The notes: generated from the letters alone by a model not told the origin. Shown: positions 38,443 through 47,541, counted from the first letter of the stretch. The stretch is DNA of 64,000 nt from Ulvibacterium sp. (GCF_965248315.1 NZ_CBDFIX010000001.1:107618-171617); one strand, 5' to 3'. Made by a program: numbers and translations.

Positions 38443-39144
38443 ATGGAACCTACAAGAAGAACCGCAAGAATTGCCGGGGTATTTTACCTCATTCTTATAT
38501 TGAGTGGCATGTTTAGCTTACTCTATGTACCCTCAGAGCTTATCGTCTGGGACAATCCGGCAAAGACCGTTGAAAATATCAAAACCTCCGAAAACCTTTT
38601 CCGATTGGGGATACTAAGTGGTTTGGTATGCTTTACGTGTTTTATATTTTTACCGCTGACTTTGTACAAATTGTTTCAGGAGGTCAACAAAAATCATGCA
38701 GTGCTCATGGTGGTCCTGGCCCTCGTCAGTGTGCCCATTTCATATGTTAGCATAACGTATCAAATAGATGTACTCACGTTGATTAATGATTCCGAGACCC
38801 TAAAAGCTTTTACTCTGGACGAACTATATGCAAAAGTGATGCTACTTCTTAAATCCAGTAACAATGGAGATTTGGTGGCCCATATATTTTGGGGACTATG
38901 GTTATTTCCCTTTGGGTATTTGGTGTACCAATCAGGATTTCTTCCCAAATTTTTGGGAATCATGTTGATGTTGGGCTGCTTTGGATATCTCATTGATTTT
39001 TTAGGTTATTTTCTTTGTGAAAGTTATGGAGAAACTTTGTTGGCTACTATTGCAGGCCTGCCCTCTGCTATCGGAGAAATTGGGATTTGCCTCTGGCTTT
39101 TGACCATAGGGATAAAGGTGGCTAAAGTTCCACAGGGGAAATAA
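38443..39144 (+). CDS. DUF4386-like polytopic membrane protein
   Basis: MEPTRRTARIAGVFYLILI... with ~6 TM helices. ATG 38443 is preferred over the TTG at 38416. Confidence 0.6.
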   Translation: MEPTRRTARIAGVFYLILILSGMFSLLYVPSELIVWDNPAKTVENIKTSENLFRLGILSGLVCFTCFIFLPLTLYKLFQEVNKNHAVLMVVLALVSVPISYVSITYQIDVLTLINDSETLKAFTLDELYAKVMLLLKSSNNGDLVAHIFWGLWLFPFGYLVYQSGFLPKFLGIMLMLGCFGYLIDFLGYFLCESYGETLLATIAGLPSAIGEIGICLWLLTIGIKVAKVPQGK

Positions 39145-39195
39145 AAGGTCGACTTTTATAAAGCTACATTTTAGCTTATATTTATGGATACGGGC

Positions 39196-39203
39196 TATAT
39201 TTG
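39196..39203 (+). promoter_or_regulatory. Bacteroidetes-type -7 promoter box TATATTTG
   Basis: Matches TAnnTTTG, 20 nt upstream of the dnaG TTG start. Confidence 0.35.
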
Positions 39204-39223
39204 CCTGCTAGACTTAGTTTACC

Positions 39224-41203
39224 TTGATTTCAAAATCTACCATAGACCAAGTATACGAGACCGCCCGTTTGGAAGAGGTCATCGGTGATTTTGTGCAGTT
39301 AAAAAAGTCGGGCTCCAACTTCAAAGGACTGAGTCCCTTTACCGATGAGCGCACACCGAGCTTTATGGTTTCACCGGTAAAACAGATTTGGAAAGACTTC
39401 AGCAGCGGAAAAGGAGGCAATGTTGTGGCCTTTTTAATGGAACACGAGCACTTTACCTATCCTGAGGCCATAAAATACTTGGCCAAAAAATACAATATCG
39501 AAGTAGAGGAAACCGAACGCACCGACGAACAGAAGGCGGAGGCCAATGAACGTGAAAGCATGTATCTGGTTTCCGAATTTGCCCAGAAGCACTTTTCGGA
39601 AATGCTCTGGGAATCAGAGTTGGGCAAGGCTATAGGGCTGACCTATTTCAAGGAACGCGGCTTTACAGATGAGACCATTAAAAAATTTGGTTTGGGCTAT
39701 TGTCTGGATTTGTGGGACGGATTTACCAAGACCGCCCTTGAAAATGGTTATAAGTTGGGGTATTTGGAAAAGACCGGATTAACCATTGTTAAAGAAGATG
39801 TCCAAAACCCCAATACTCCCAAAAAATTTGATCGATTTAAGGGACGGGTCATGTTCCCAATCCATTCCATGAGCGGGCGAGTTCTTGGTTTTGGGGGGCG
39901 TATTTTAACCAATGACAAAAAAGCGGCCAAATACTTAAACTCGCCCGAAAGTGAAATTTATCATAAGAGTAAAGTGCTTTATGGCGTTTACTTCGCCAAA
40001 CAAGCTATTGCCAAAGAGGATAACTGCTATCTGGTAGAGGGCTATACGGATGTTATTCAGTTTTACCAAAGGGGCATTCGCAACGTGGTGTCCTCTAGTG
40101 GTACCGCCCTTACTCCGGAACAGATCCGTTTGATCAATCGGCTTACCAAAAACATTACTGTTCTGTTCGATGGGGATGCCGCGGGATTAAGAGCTTCCCT
40201 ACGTGGTATCGATTTGATTTTGGAGCAGGGTATGAACGTAAAGGTCTGTCCCTTCCCCGTAGGTGAGGATCCAGATAGTTTTGCCAAGAACAATGAGTTG
40301 GAGGAGGTCTTGCAATACTTGCAGGAAAACACCAAGGACTTCATTCAATTTAAGGCAAATTTATTGGCCGAAGAGGCGTCCAACGATCCCATAAAAAGGG
40401 CAGAAACGGTTCGGGATATTGTCAATAGCATAGCCAAAATCCCTGATGCCATAAAACGGGAGATTTATATTCAGGAATGCGCCCAGATTATGAACGTTTC
40501 CGAGAACGTTCTGTTTAGTACATTGGCGCAAATCGGTAAAAAGGAGGTAGCAGATGCCGCAAAAAGGGCCAAACCCGAACAAAGGGCCTTTGATGTTGTG
40601 AAAAATCAGGTCACCGTTGAAAAAGTAGATGTACAATATGAATTGGAACGAAAAATTATTGAAATGCTTTTGCTGTATGGAAATGACCAGCAAGAGTTTG
40701 AGGATTTGGTCCTAAAGGAAAACGAGGAGGGCGATTTAATATTGGAACCAGAGTCCTTGGAGGCCAAGGTCTATGAAAAAATTTATCTGGATCTTCAGGA
40801 AGATGAAATAGAACTGACCAACGAACAGTTTCGAAACATCTACTACAAATTGATAGAACAGTTAAATGAAAATGAGGATTTTTCAATACCTACTTTTATC
40901 TCAGATCTTGATCAGAAAATGGTGGAAGAGATTTCATCCATCCTTATGGAAGAAGAAAAGTACGCCCTGCATAATTGGGAGCGAAAGGACATCTACCCTA
41001 AGGGTAAAAAGACCGGGGTGGGTCAATTGGTAAGCGAGACCATTTTAACCTTACGATGCTATTTGATCAAAAAACGTATGGAGGCCCTTCAGAATAACAC
41101 CCATGAAAACAACGGAAACAATAATGAGACCCTGGAGGAGATTATGAACTACCTACAATTGAACAAATTGCTGAATAAAAAATTGAATCGGGTACTATCA
41201 TAA
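39224..41203 (+). CDS. dnaG: DNA primase
   Basis: 659 aa. RNA-polymerase domain, TOPRIM motifs EGYTDV and DGDAAG. The N-terminal zinc-binding-domain homolog lacks its Cys/His ligands. TTG start. Confidence 0.9.
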   Translation: MISKSTIDQVYETARLEEVIGDFVQLKKSGSNFKGLSPFTDERTPSFMVSPVKQIWKDFSSGKGGNVVAFLMEHEHFTYPEAIKYLAKKYNIEVEETERTDEQKAEANERESMYLVSEFAQKHFSEMLWESELGKAIGLTYFKERGFTDETIKKFGLGYCLDLWDGFTKTALENGYKLGYLEKTGLTIVKEDVQNPNTPKKFDRFKGRVMFPIHSMSGRVLGFGGRILTNDKKAAKYLNSPESEIYHKSKVLYGVYFAKQAIAKEDNCYLVEGYTDVIQFYQRGIRNVVSSSGTALTPEQIRLINRLTKNITVLFDGDAAGLRASLRGIDLILEQGMNVKVCPFPVGEDPDSFAKNNELEEVLQYLQENTKDFIQFKANLLAEEASNDPIKRAETVRDIVNSIAKIPDAIKREIYIQECAQIMNVSENVLFSTLAQIGKKEVADAAKRAKPEQRAFDVVKNQVTVEKVDVQYELERKIIEMLLLYGNDQQEFEDLVLKENEEGDLILEPESLEAKVYEKIYLDLQEDEIELTNEQFRNIYYKLIEQLNENEDFSIPTFISDLDQKMVEEISSILMEEEKYALHNWERKDIYPKGKKTGVGQLVSETILTLRCYLIKKRMEALQNNTHENNGNNNETLEEIMNYLQLNKLLNKKLNRVLS

Positions 41204-41209
41204 AAAAAC

Positions 41210-41241
41210 AGAGACCCCAAAAAGTTCTTTTTGGGGTCTCT
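41210..41241. terminator. 15-bp perfect hairpin; intrinsic terminator for the - strand response regulator, hairpin stop for dnaG
   Basis: AGAGACCCCAAAAAG (41210-41224) / CTTTTTGGGGTCTCT (41227-41241). The A7 run at 41202-41208 gives a U-tract on the - strand. Confidence 0.7.
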
Positions 41242-41262
41242 ACAATAGATCCTTACCGTTCA

Positions 41263-41892
41263 CTAATACAATTCCAAAGCCTTTGCTTGTTGTAAAAGGT
41301 CTACCATATTGTCTACATTCAACTTTTTCATTAAACGTGCCTTATAGGTACTTACGGTCTTTTCGTTTAAGTTAAGGCCAATGGCCACATCTTTATTTCG
41401 TTTTCCGCTGGCCAATAGTTTAAGTACTTCCACCTCTCGGGTAGAAAGTTTCCTAAAGAACCTCCTAGGTCTTTGGGTTCCTTCATCAAATGCTAGCCTT
41501 TGGGCAAGTTCATTGGTGATGAACATATTCCCCTCGCTTACTTTTCGTACTGCGGAAATAATATAATCTATATCCGAGGCTTTTGATAAATAACCGAATG
41601 CACCGGCCCTAATGCTACTCAGCGCATATACATCTTCGGACTGTCCGCTGTACATCAACACTTTCACATCAGGATACTCTTTTTTAATCTTTCGCAATGT
41701 GGCTATACCGTTTATTTCTGGAATATCCATTTCCAGCATAACAACATCAGGAGTAATTCGTTCCAGTTTTTCGAAAAGCTCGGATGTAGTGGAAACATCT
41801 TCAACTACCTCAAAACCAGAGGCAGATTCCAATACATGTTTTACGCCCATCCGTATGATAGGGTGGTTGTCAGCAATTAATACTTTGATCAT
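41263..41892 (-). CDS. response regulator, NarL/LuxR family
   Basis: 209 aa. Receiver domain (MIKVLIADNHP..., DVVMLEMDIPEING) plus LuxR HTH (LSTREVEVLKLLASGKRNKDVAIGLNLNEKTVSTYK). No kinase gene is adjacent. Confidence 0.85.
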   Translation of the reverse strand: MIKVLIADNHPIIRMGVKHVLESASGFEVVEDVSTTSELFEKLERITPDVVMLEMDIPEINGIATLRKIKKEYPDVKVLMYSGQSEDVYALSSIRAGAFGYLSKASDIDYIISAVRKVSEGNMFITNELAQRLAFDEGTQRPRRFFRKLSTREVEVLKLLASGKRNKDVAIGLNLNEKTVSTYKARLMKKLNVDNMVDLLQQAKALELY

Positions 41893-42064
41893 TTCGCTAG
41901 TTTTAGTCTATAAATATACCCAAATATGCAGAAGTCCAAAAAAACTGACATGCAATGTAAGGTTTAATTATCTGAATTCGTAAACAAAAATGGTTTTTTT
42001 TTATTAAAAAGCCTTATTTTTTGAATATTATTCGATTTATCTACTTGATTATTAGTTGAGTGGT

Positions 42065-42853
42065 TTATTTTAACATTTCCGGAATCTCGCATACAGGTAT
42101 CGGCTTCATTTTATGTTGATTGGCCGAGTTTAATTTCTTAAATATAGTAAAAACTTCCTTTTCACGGCCAGAAAAGTCCGTAACCGCCTTTCCTTCTCCG
42201 TCCATTTTCATAGCCCATTCCAATTCTGGATAGGAAGCTCCTATTTGATCTTCATCAGTCCTGTTGTCGCCCCATAGGCCATCGGTTGGGGCCGCTTGGA
42301 TAATTTCTTCGTTAACGTCCAAGTAGCTTGCAATTTCATAGACTTCCGTTTTCAATAAATCCGCAATGGGACTTAAATCCACTCCACCATCCCCATATTT
42401 GGTATAGAAACCTACTCCAAAATCCTCGACCTTATTACCAGTGCCTGCCACCAAATAACCCTTTAAGGCCGCAAAATAGTATAAGGTTGTCATGCGTAGG
42501 CGTGCGCGCGTGTTGGCCAATGACATAAAACGACTTTCTTCATCAGCTACATCGGGAAGTACCTTAATAAGGCTATCGAATACCGATGTAAGGTTTACCG
42601 GTTGCCTTTGCACATTGGGATAATGCTCCTGCAACCAGTCAATATGGTTGTTTGCCCTGCTCACCTGTTTTGAGGATTGATGGATGGGCATTTCCAGACA
42701 TAAAACATCAAGCCCTGTTTTGGCACATAAGGTGGATGTTACAGCGGAGTCTATACCTCCGGAGACACCGACCACAAAACCCTTCATTTTGGCGTTTGTG
42801 GTATAATCCTTTAACCACTGCACAATATGGATTATTACCTTTTCGGTTTGCAT
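42065..42853 (-). CDS. nadE: NH3-dependent NAD+ synthetase
   Basis: 262 aa. PP-loop VGVSGGIDSAV. Confidence 0.9.
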   Translation of the reverse strand: MQTEKVIIHIVQWLKDYTTNAKMKGFVVGVSGGIDSAVTSTLCAKTGLDVLCLEMPIHQSSKQVSRANNHIDWLQEHYPNVQRQPVNLTSVFDSLIKVLPDVADEESRFMSLANTRARLRMTTLYYFAALKGYLVAGTGNKVEDFGVGFYTKYGDGGVDLSPIADLLKTEVYEIASYLDVNEEIIQAAPTDGLWGDNRTDEDQIGASYPELEWAMKMDGEGKAVTDFSGREKEVFTIFKKLNSANQHKMKPIPVCEIPEMLK

Positions 42854-42877
42854 GCTGTTCTTTATTAACGAAACGAT

Positions 42878-42885
42878 TAACTTTG
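42878..42885 (+). promoter_or_regulatory. Bacteroidetes-type -7 promoter box TAACTTTG
   Basis: Matches TAnnTTTG, 21 nt upstream of the gldB ATG. Confidence 0.35.
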
Positions 42886-42906
42886 CCCGATAAAAATAAA
42901 GCCTTG

Positions 42907-43905
42907 ATGTCTAAAAAGAAAATGGAAACGGGATTACTTCATGAGGGAAAGTACATTTTTACCCTTTTCTTAATTTCTTACGTTCTTTTAGGCTGTAATG
43001 ACAATGCAAAAATTACGGAGGCAGTCAATAAAATAGATCTGAATTTACAAATCTCTCGTTTTGACCAAGAATTTGCCAAGGCAGAACCATCGGACTTGCC
43101 CCTGCTCAAAAAAGAATACCCTTATCTTTTTCCCGCCCGATACCCGGATAGCGTGTGGGTAGCCAAATTAAAGGATACAGTTCAAGTTGAACTTTTAAGG
43201 GAAGTAGATGCAGAATTTTCCAATTTCGAGCAGGAAGAAACCGATTTGCAATTGTTTTTTAAACATATCAAATATTATTTCCCCCGGTTCAATGTTCCAA
43301 AAATCGTTACGGTTACGTCCGATGTGGATTACGAGAACCGTGTCATTCTTACGGATAGCCTACTTTTAATAGGACTTGATAACTATCTAGGCCCGGGGCA
43401 TAAGTTCTACGAGCGCATATCCAACTACATTTCAGCAGGTATGGATAAAAAGTATTTGGTAAGTGATGTGGCCAGTGCTTTTACAAAGCGAGTGGTTCCC
43501 AAGGCAGAAGACCGCACTTTCTTGGCCCAGGTTGTCTATTATGGTAAAGAATTATATGTAAAGGATAGGCTGACCCCATTTTTGTCGGAGGCCCAGCGTA
43601 TTGGCTATTCCCAAGAAGATTTGGAGTGGGCCCATCTTAATGAAGAGCCTATGTGGCGCTATTTTATTGAACGTGAGTTGCTCTATGATACAGATGCCAA
43701 GTTAGGCCTACGTTTTCTTGATCCCGCTCCCTTCTCCAAGTTCGGGCTGGAATTGGACAATGAGTCACCAGGACGCATAGGCCGATATTTGGGTTGGCAG
43801 ATTGTACGTGCCTTTATGGAACGGAACAAGGTTTCCCTTCAACAGATGCTCGCTTTGCCAGCTGAGGAAATATTCAAAAAAAGTAACTACAAACCCAAAA
43901 AATAA
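42907..43905 (+). CDS. gldB: gliding motility lipoprotein GldB
   Basis: MSKKKMETG...FLISYVLLGCNDN lipobox. Resembles flavobacterial GldB, and the nadE-gldB-gldC neighbourhood matches Flavobacterium. The 42652 ORF extension is antisense to nadE. Confidence 0.75.
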   Translation: MSKKKMETGLLHEGKYIFTLFLISYVLLGCNDNAKITEAVNKIDLNLQISRFDQEFAKAEPSDLPLLKKEYPYLFPARYPDSVWVAKLKDTVQVELLREVDAEFSNFEQEETDLQLFFKHIKYYFPRFNVPKIVTVTSDVDYENRVILTDSLLLIGLDNYLGPGHKFYERISNYISAGMDKKYLVSDVASAFTKRVVPKAEDRTFLAQVVYYGKELYVKDRLTPFLSEAQRIGYSQEDLEWAHLNEEPMWRYFIERELLYDTDAKLGLRFLDPAPFSKFGLELDNESPGRIGRYLGWQIVRAFMERNKVSLQQMLALPAEEIFKKSNYKPKK

Positions 43906-43907
43906 TT

Positions 43908-44243
43908 ATGCCTAAACTCCACACTTCGGAAATTACACTAAAAGTAGGGTTGGATGAAAACCGGGTTCCAGAGGAACTCACCTGGTCGGCACAGGATGGA
44001 GGTATCCATAATGAGGAGGCCAAGGCTATGCTACTGTCGGTTTGGGACAGTAAGAATAAGGAATCACTAAAGATCGATCTTTGGACCAAGGATATGCCTG
44101 TGGATGAGATGAAGATTTTTTTTCATCAAACTTTGGTTTCCTTGTCGGACACTTTTATGAAAGCGACACAGGATGAAAAAATGACCGCTACAATGAAGGA
44201 TTTTTGCAACTATTTTGCGGAAAAACTGGAATTAAAAAAATAG
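43908..44243 (+). CDS. gldC: gliding motility protein GldC
   Basis: 111 aa. MPKLHTSEITLKVGLDENRVPEELTWSAQDGG... is the typical GldC sequence, immediately after gldB. Confidence 0.75.
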   Translation: MPKLHTSEITLKVGLDENRVPEELTWSAQDGGIHNEEAKAMLLSVWDSKNKESLKIDLWTKDMPVDEMKIFFHQTLVSLSDTFMKATQDEKMTATMKDFCNYFAEKLELKK

Positions 44244-44378
44244 ACTTCGTTCTTTGGCGTAATGTTATTTGATACCCTAGGTTTATAAACATTTGGCATT
44301 TCGCCCAAATTTCGTTGTTTATCTCATGTATTTAGCCTTAAATTTAACGTCCTAAATACGAGTAAAGCAAGACTTTTT

Positions 44379-45704
44379 ATGGCTTCCACTAAAAAATTTG
44401 ATATTGAAAACTTAGGCGTGCCCACCTTCCCCTCTCCACTTCATTTAAGTACAACAAAGGGCGATAAAGTTTTTAATTTTGTTCAGGACAAAGATCGACT
44501 GCTCTATAATATTTCCTTAAGCGAATTTAATCGGTGCGTTACCGAAAACGATGAACCTCTTTGTCTGGAGAAGGCCGGTCCTCGCGAAAAGCTATTGTTC
44601 GATCCCACAAAAACCACGGCGGCCATCGTTACCTGTGGGGGACTGTGTCCCGGTATCAACAATGTTATCCGGAGCTTGGTTATGGGGCTCTATTACTTTT
44701 ATGGAGTGAAGAACATTTTGGGTGTACCTTATGGTTACGAGGGACTTATCCCTTCCTATGGGCATAAACTAAAACACTTGACCCCTGATGTTGTAAAGGA
44801 CATCCATGAATTTGGGGGGACGGTTTTAGGCTCATCGCGTGGGGGCCAAAGTGTTTCCGATATGGTGGATACCCTTGAAGATAATCAGGTGGATATGCTT
44901 TTCGCCATTGGCGGTGATGGAACCCTAAAAGGGGCCAATGCCATAGGTGAGGAAATTCAAAAACGAGGTCTAAAAATTTCAGTAGTCGGCATTCCCAAGA
45001 CCATTGACAATGACATTAATCTAATAGACAAATCCTTTGGTTTTGAAACTGCTTTTGATATGGCCAGCCCCATTATTCGGGACGCACATAATGAAGCCAC
45101 TGGCGCTTACAACGGGGTTTCGATCGTAAAGTTGATGGGAAGGGATAGCGGTTTTATTGCCGCCTGCGCGGCAATGTCCATGCCCGTAGTAAATTTTGTC
45201 CTGGTGCCGGAAATGGAATTTCAATTACATGGAGAAAATGGTTTTTTGGAAAACCTTAGAGATCGATTGGAGACAAAGCATCACGCGGTCATCGTGGTGG
45301 CCGAAGGTGCAGGCCAACATCTTTTTGCGGAGGATGGTGCGGAAACCAAGGACGCCTCGGGCAATGTAAAACACAAGGATATAGGCCCGTTCCTAAAAGC
45401 TGAAATAGGAAACTATTTCAAGGCCATGGATAAGCAGGTCACCATTAAATATATAGATCCCAGTTATATTATCCGTAGTGCCCCGGCCAATGCAGGCGAC
45501 AGTATTTTTTGTAGCAGATTGGCCCATTATGCCATTCATGGAGCAATGGCGGGAAAGACGAAATTCGTAGTGGGCAGGTTGAACAATAAATTTGTGAATT
45601 TGCCCATATCCGAAGTCACCAGTAGACGTAAGAAAATAGACTTGGAAGGGGAATTTTGGTTCGCAGTATTGGAAAGTACGGGTCAACCATTTCTTATGGG
45701 TTAG
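44379..45704 (+). CDS. pfkA: 6-phosphofructokinase (long form; phosphoryl donor not assignable from sequence)
   Basis: 441 aa. PFK motifs CGGLCPGINN, IGGDGTL, PKTIDNDI, MGRDSG. Confidence 0.85.
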   Translation: MASTKKFDIENLGVPTFPSPLHLSTTKGDKVFNFVQDKDRLLYNISLSEFNRCVTENDEPLCLEKAGPREKLLFDPTKTTAAIVTCGGLCPGINNVIRSLVMGLYYFYGVKNILGVPYGYEGLIPSYGHKLKHLTPDVVKDIHEFGGTVLGSSRGGQSVSDMVDTLEDNQVDMLFAIGGDGTLKGANAIGEEIQKRGLKISVVGIPKTIDNDINLIDKSFGFETAFDMASPIIRDAHNEATGAYNGVSIVKLMGRDSGFIAACAAMSMPVVNFVLVPEMEFQLHGENGFLENLRDRLETKHHAVIVVAEGAGQHLFAEDGAETKDASGNVKHKDIGPFLKAEIGNYFKAMDKQVTIKYIDPSYIIRSAPANAGDSIFCSRLAHYAIHGAMAGKTKFVVGRLNNKFVNLPISEVTSRRKKIDLEGEFWFAVLESTGQPFLMG

Positions 45705-45762
45705 CCCGATGTCTTTATGGAACTTCCCAGAATTTAAGTAACCATCGGTCTACTTCAAAAAA

Positions 45763-46362
45763 CTACAATACCGTTTGATGTTCGGGACAATCAATGCGTA
45801 AATCCGCTTGATGTAGCTTCTTCTCCAATAACCTACAATAATCATTTTCCGATCCGGATTCATAAAAGCGACAGGAGGTACACATACGCTGTACGTTGAC
45901 GACGTCCGCTTTATTCAATTTTTCGATCAGTTGCAATAGGCTTTGGAATAGTATCCTTTTTTGCTCCTCGGGGAAGGAATGGATTGGCTTTTCAATAGGA
46001 TGGGCAAAGGAACTTGTCCGTTGTAGTGTGGCCTTACCTCTTTCGGTAAGATATATAAAGAAACTTCGGGTATCGGCAGGATCGGTTTCCTTAAGAATAA
46101 GTTCCTTTTTTAGCAATAACCGTATGGATTCACTAATTGTGGCCTTGGTTACATTGAATTCCTTGGCCAAATAGTTGACCTTGCACTTCTCCGGTAAATG
46201 GAAATTGACGAATAACAAAATCTGCAATTGGATAGGTGTAAGCTGATTTTCCTTGCCTTTTTGCCAAAGCAAAACTTTGAAAGCCTCGGAAATACGCTCC
46301 AGGGCAACCACGATTTTACCCTCAATATTTTGGTTCTGGTATTCTGGGTCAAAAGTCTCCAT
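45763..46362 (-). CDS. MarR-family transcriptional regulator with C-terminal four-Cys domain
   Basis: 199 aa. Winged HTH (LTPIQLQILLFVN...VNYLAKEFNVTKATISESIRLL) and C-terminal C-x2-C-x11-C-x15-C-P-E-H. Confidence 0.75.
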   Translation of the reverse strand: METFDPEYQNQNIEGKIVVALERISEAFKVLLWQKGKENQLTPIQLQILLFVNFHLPEKCKVNYLAKEFNVTKATISESIRLLLKKELILKETDPADTRSFFIYLTERGKATLQRTSSFAHPIEKPIHSFPEEQKRILFQSLLQLIEKLNKADVVNVQRMCTSCRFYESGSENDYCRLLEKKLHQADLRIDCPEHQTVL

Positions 46363-46374
46363 GAAACAAAAATA

Positions 46375-46409
46375 GCCCCAAGAAATTAGTTTACCTAACT
46401 ACTTGGGGC
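46375..46409 (-). terminator. intrinsic terminator between the lipoprotein gene and the MarR gene
   Basis: GCCCCAAG (46375-46382) / CTTGGGGC (46402-46409) with a 19-nt loop. On the - strand it is followed by TATTTTTGTTT and then, 12 nt from the stem, the MarR ATG. Confidence 0.6.
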
Positions 46410-46414
46410 GAAAA

Positions 46415-47152
46415 CTAGTTGTTAGATACCGTATAGGGTAAAGATAGATCTCCCGAAGCCACACTATATACGGAATATACACCCAACAAGGGAGCCCCCG
46501 TATTTGAGGTATTGACCTGCATATAAGCCGTAACCGCATCAAAGTTGAATTGTTTGCGGTGGTTCATCCGGTATGAGGGAACTACCACTTTTATAGTTTT
46601 CCCTTTGGTAATCACAGGAAAACCTGGAGAATCCATATACATGGGCATACCGGGATTGGTAGGAGGCAACTTTACTTTGCTGTCTCCCTTGGGGAATTGT
46701 TTTACACTCAATCCACCATTAACGCGCTTGTCTTCATTTAAGATGACCCAATGGGGATGCCAAACTATCCCATCGTCATCGTAAATGGTATTTGTATTTT
46801 CATCCCAAAGAGGCGTATCGTCAAAATCGGGATGGGAAGTCAACGCCAATGCCACGATTCCATCGGTTTGGGAAAACCCTACATCGGTAGAGGAGAGGTT
46901 GGTCGGAAAGACATACCCTAAGACCGGGGCACCGTCCATTTGCCCAACTTTTTTAGGAACGCTGGCCCCGGCAAGACCCTTTACCGTTATCGCAAATACC
47001 AACTGTTGCAGTTCGGTATCATGTACAACAGATGTACTTTGGATTATCAAATTTTCCGAATCCTTGAAATCAGCGGACTCGTTAAGCGTTTGCCCCTTAC
47101 AGGCCAGTGCGACAAAAAGAAAACCGCACACCATGAATAACATATGTTTCAT
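46415..47152 (-). CDS. hypothetical lipoprotein (no recognised family)
   Basis: MKHMLFMVCGFLFVALACKGQ lipobox. His/Asp-rich middle (HPDFDDTPLWDENTNTIYDDDGIVWHPHW). ATG 47152 (GTG 47155 is also possible). Confidence 0.6.
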   Translation of the reverse strand: MKHMLFMVCGFLFVALACKGQTLNESADFKDSENLIIQSTSVVHDTELQQLVFAITVKGLAGASVPKKVGQMDGAPVLGYVFPTNLSSTDVGFSQTDGIVALALTSHPDFDDTPLWDENTNTIYDDDGIVWHPHWVILNEDKRVNGGLSVKQFPKGDSKVKLPPTNPGMPMYMDSPGFPVITKGKTIKVVVPSYRMNHRKQFNFDAVTAYMQVNTSNTGAPLLGVYSVYSVASGDLSLPYTVSNN

Positions 47153-47163
47153 CACTCAAATAA

Positions 47164-47177
47164 TTAGTTAAACTAAC
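47164..47177. promoter_or_regulatory. palindromic operator-like site TTAGTTAAACTAAC
   Basis: Half-sites TTAGTT / AACTAA with a 1-nt spacer, 12 nt upstream of the lipoprotein ATG. 12 of 14 positions match the site at 47478-47491 when both are read on the - strand. Confidence 0.4.
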
Positions 47178-47193
47178 AATATGGATTAAATTT

Positions 47194-47433
47194 TTATGAC
47201 TTTACCTCTTCCAAGGTAGCCCCATGGTTAATATGCAATACGTTGCCATTATCCAGTACCAGGGCCGGAACCGATCGAACACCTGCATTTTCTGCTGAAG
47301 AAATTTTGTCTTTTTGTTCGCCTAAGTGCACAATGTCCACCTGTACCTTGGTGGCATCGACCAAGTTTAAAAATTCCTGTTCCGCATTTACACAAACGGG
47401 ACAGCCTGCGTGGTAAAATGTTACTCTTTTCAT
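47194..47433 (-). CDS. thioredoxin-fold small protein (redox-active disulfide protein 2 / Thioredoxin_3-like)
   Basis: 79 aa. MKRVTFYHAGCPVCVNAEQ... CPVC active-site motif, then VPALVLDNG. Confidence 0.7.
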   Translation of the reverse strand: MKRVTFYHAGCPVCVNAEQEFLNLVDATKVQVDIVHLGEQKDKISSAENAGVRSVPALVLDNGNVLHINHGATLEEVKS

Positions 47434-47452
47434 TGTTATGAATTTTAATTGA

Positions 47453-47491
47453 GGCAATATTGCCGAAACAAATATAGTAAGTTTAACTAAC
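47453..47491 (-). promoter_or_regulatory. promoter with two palindromes upstream of the thioredoxin-like gene
   Basis: On the - strand: GTTAGTTAAACTTA (47478-47491), directly followed by the -7 box TATATTTG (47469-47476), then the perfect 12-nt palindrome GGCAATATTGCC (47453-47464), 20 nt before the ATG. Confidence 0.45.
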
Positions 47492-47541
47492 TAAATAGAC
47501 TATTTTTGAAATATTTTCATCATTCTTCATTTTAAATAGAT

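Noticed and set aside
42652-42906. Long N-terminal extension of gldB (ORF track start 42652)
   Set aside because: The extension is antisense to nadE and has no GldB similarity. A TAnnTTTG box and a lipoprotein signal support ATG 42907.
45700-45770. Strand-bias switch at ~45.7 kb as a replication origin or terminus
   Set aside because: I saw no DnaA-box cluster, dnaA/dnaN genes or dif-like site. A single strand switch in 64 kb is not sufficient evidence, and GC skew could not be computed by eye.
46386-46401. TTAGTTTACCTAACTA as a third MarR operator upstream of the MarR gene
   Set aside because: The half-site spacing differs (5 nt versus 1 nt), and it forms the loop of the terminator hairpin 46375-46409. 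It is kept only as a remark within the cluster finding.
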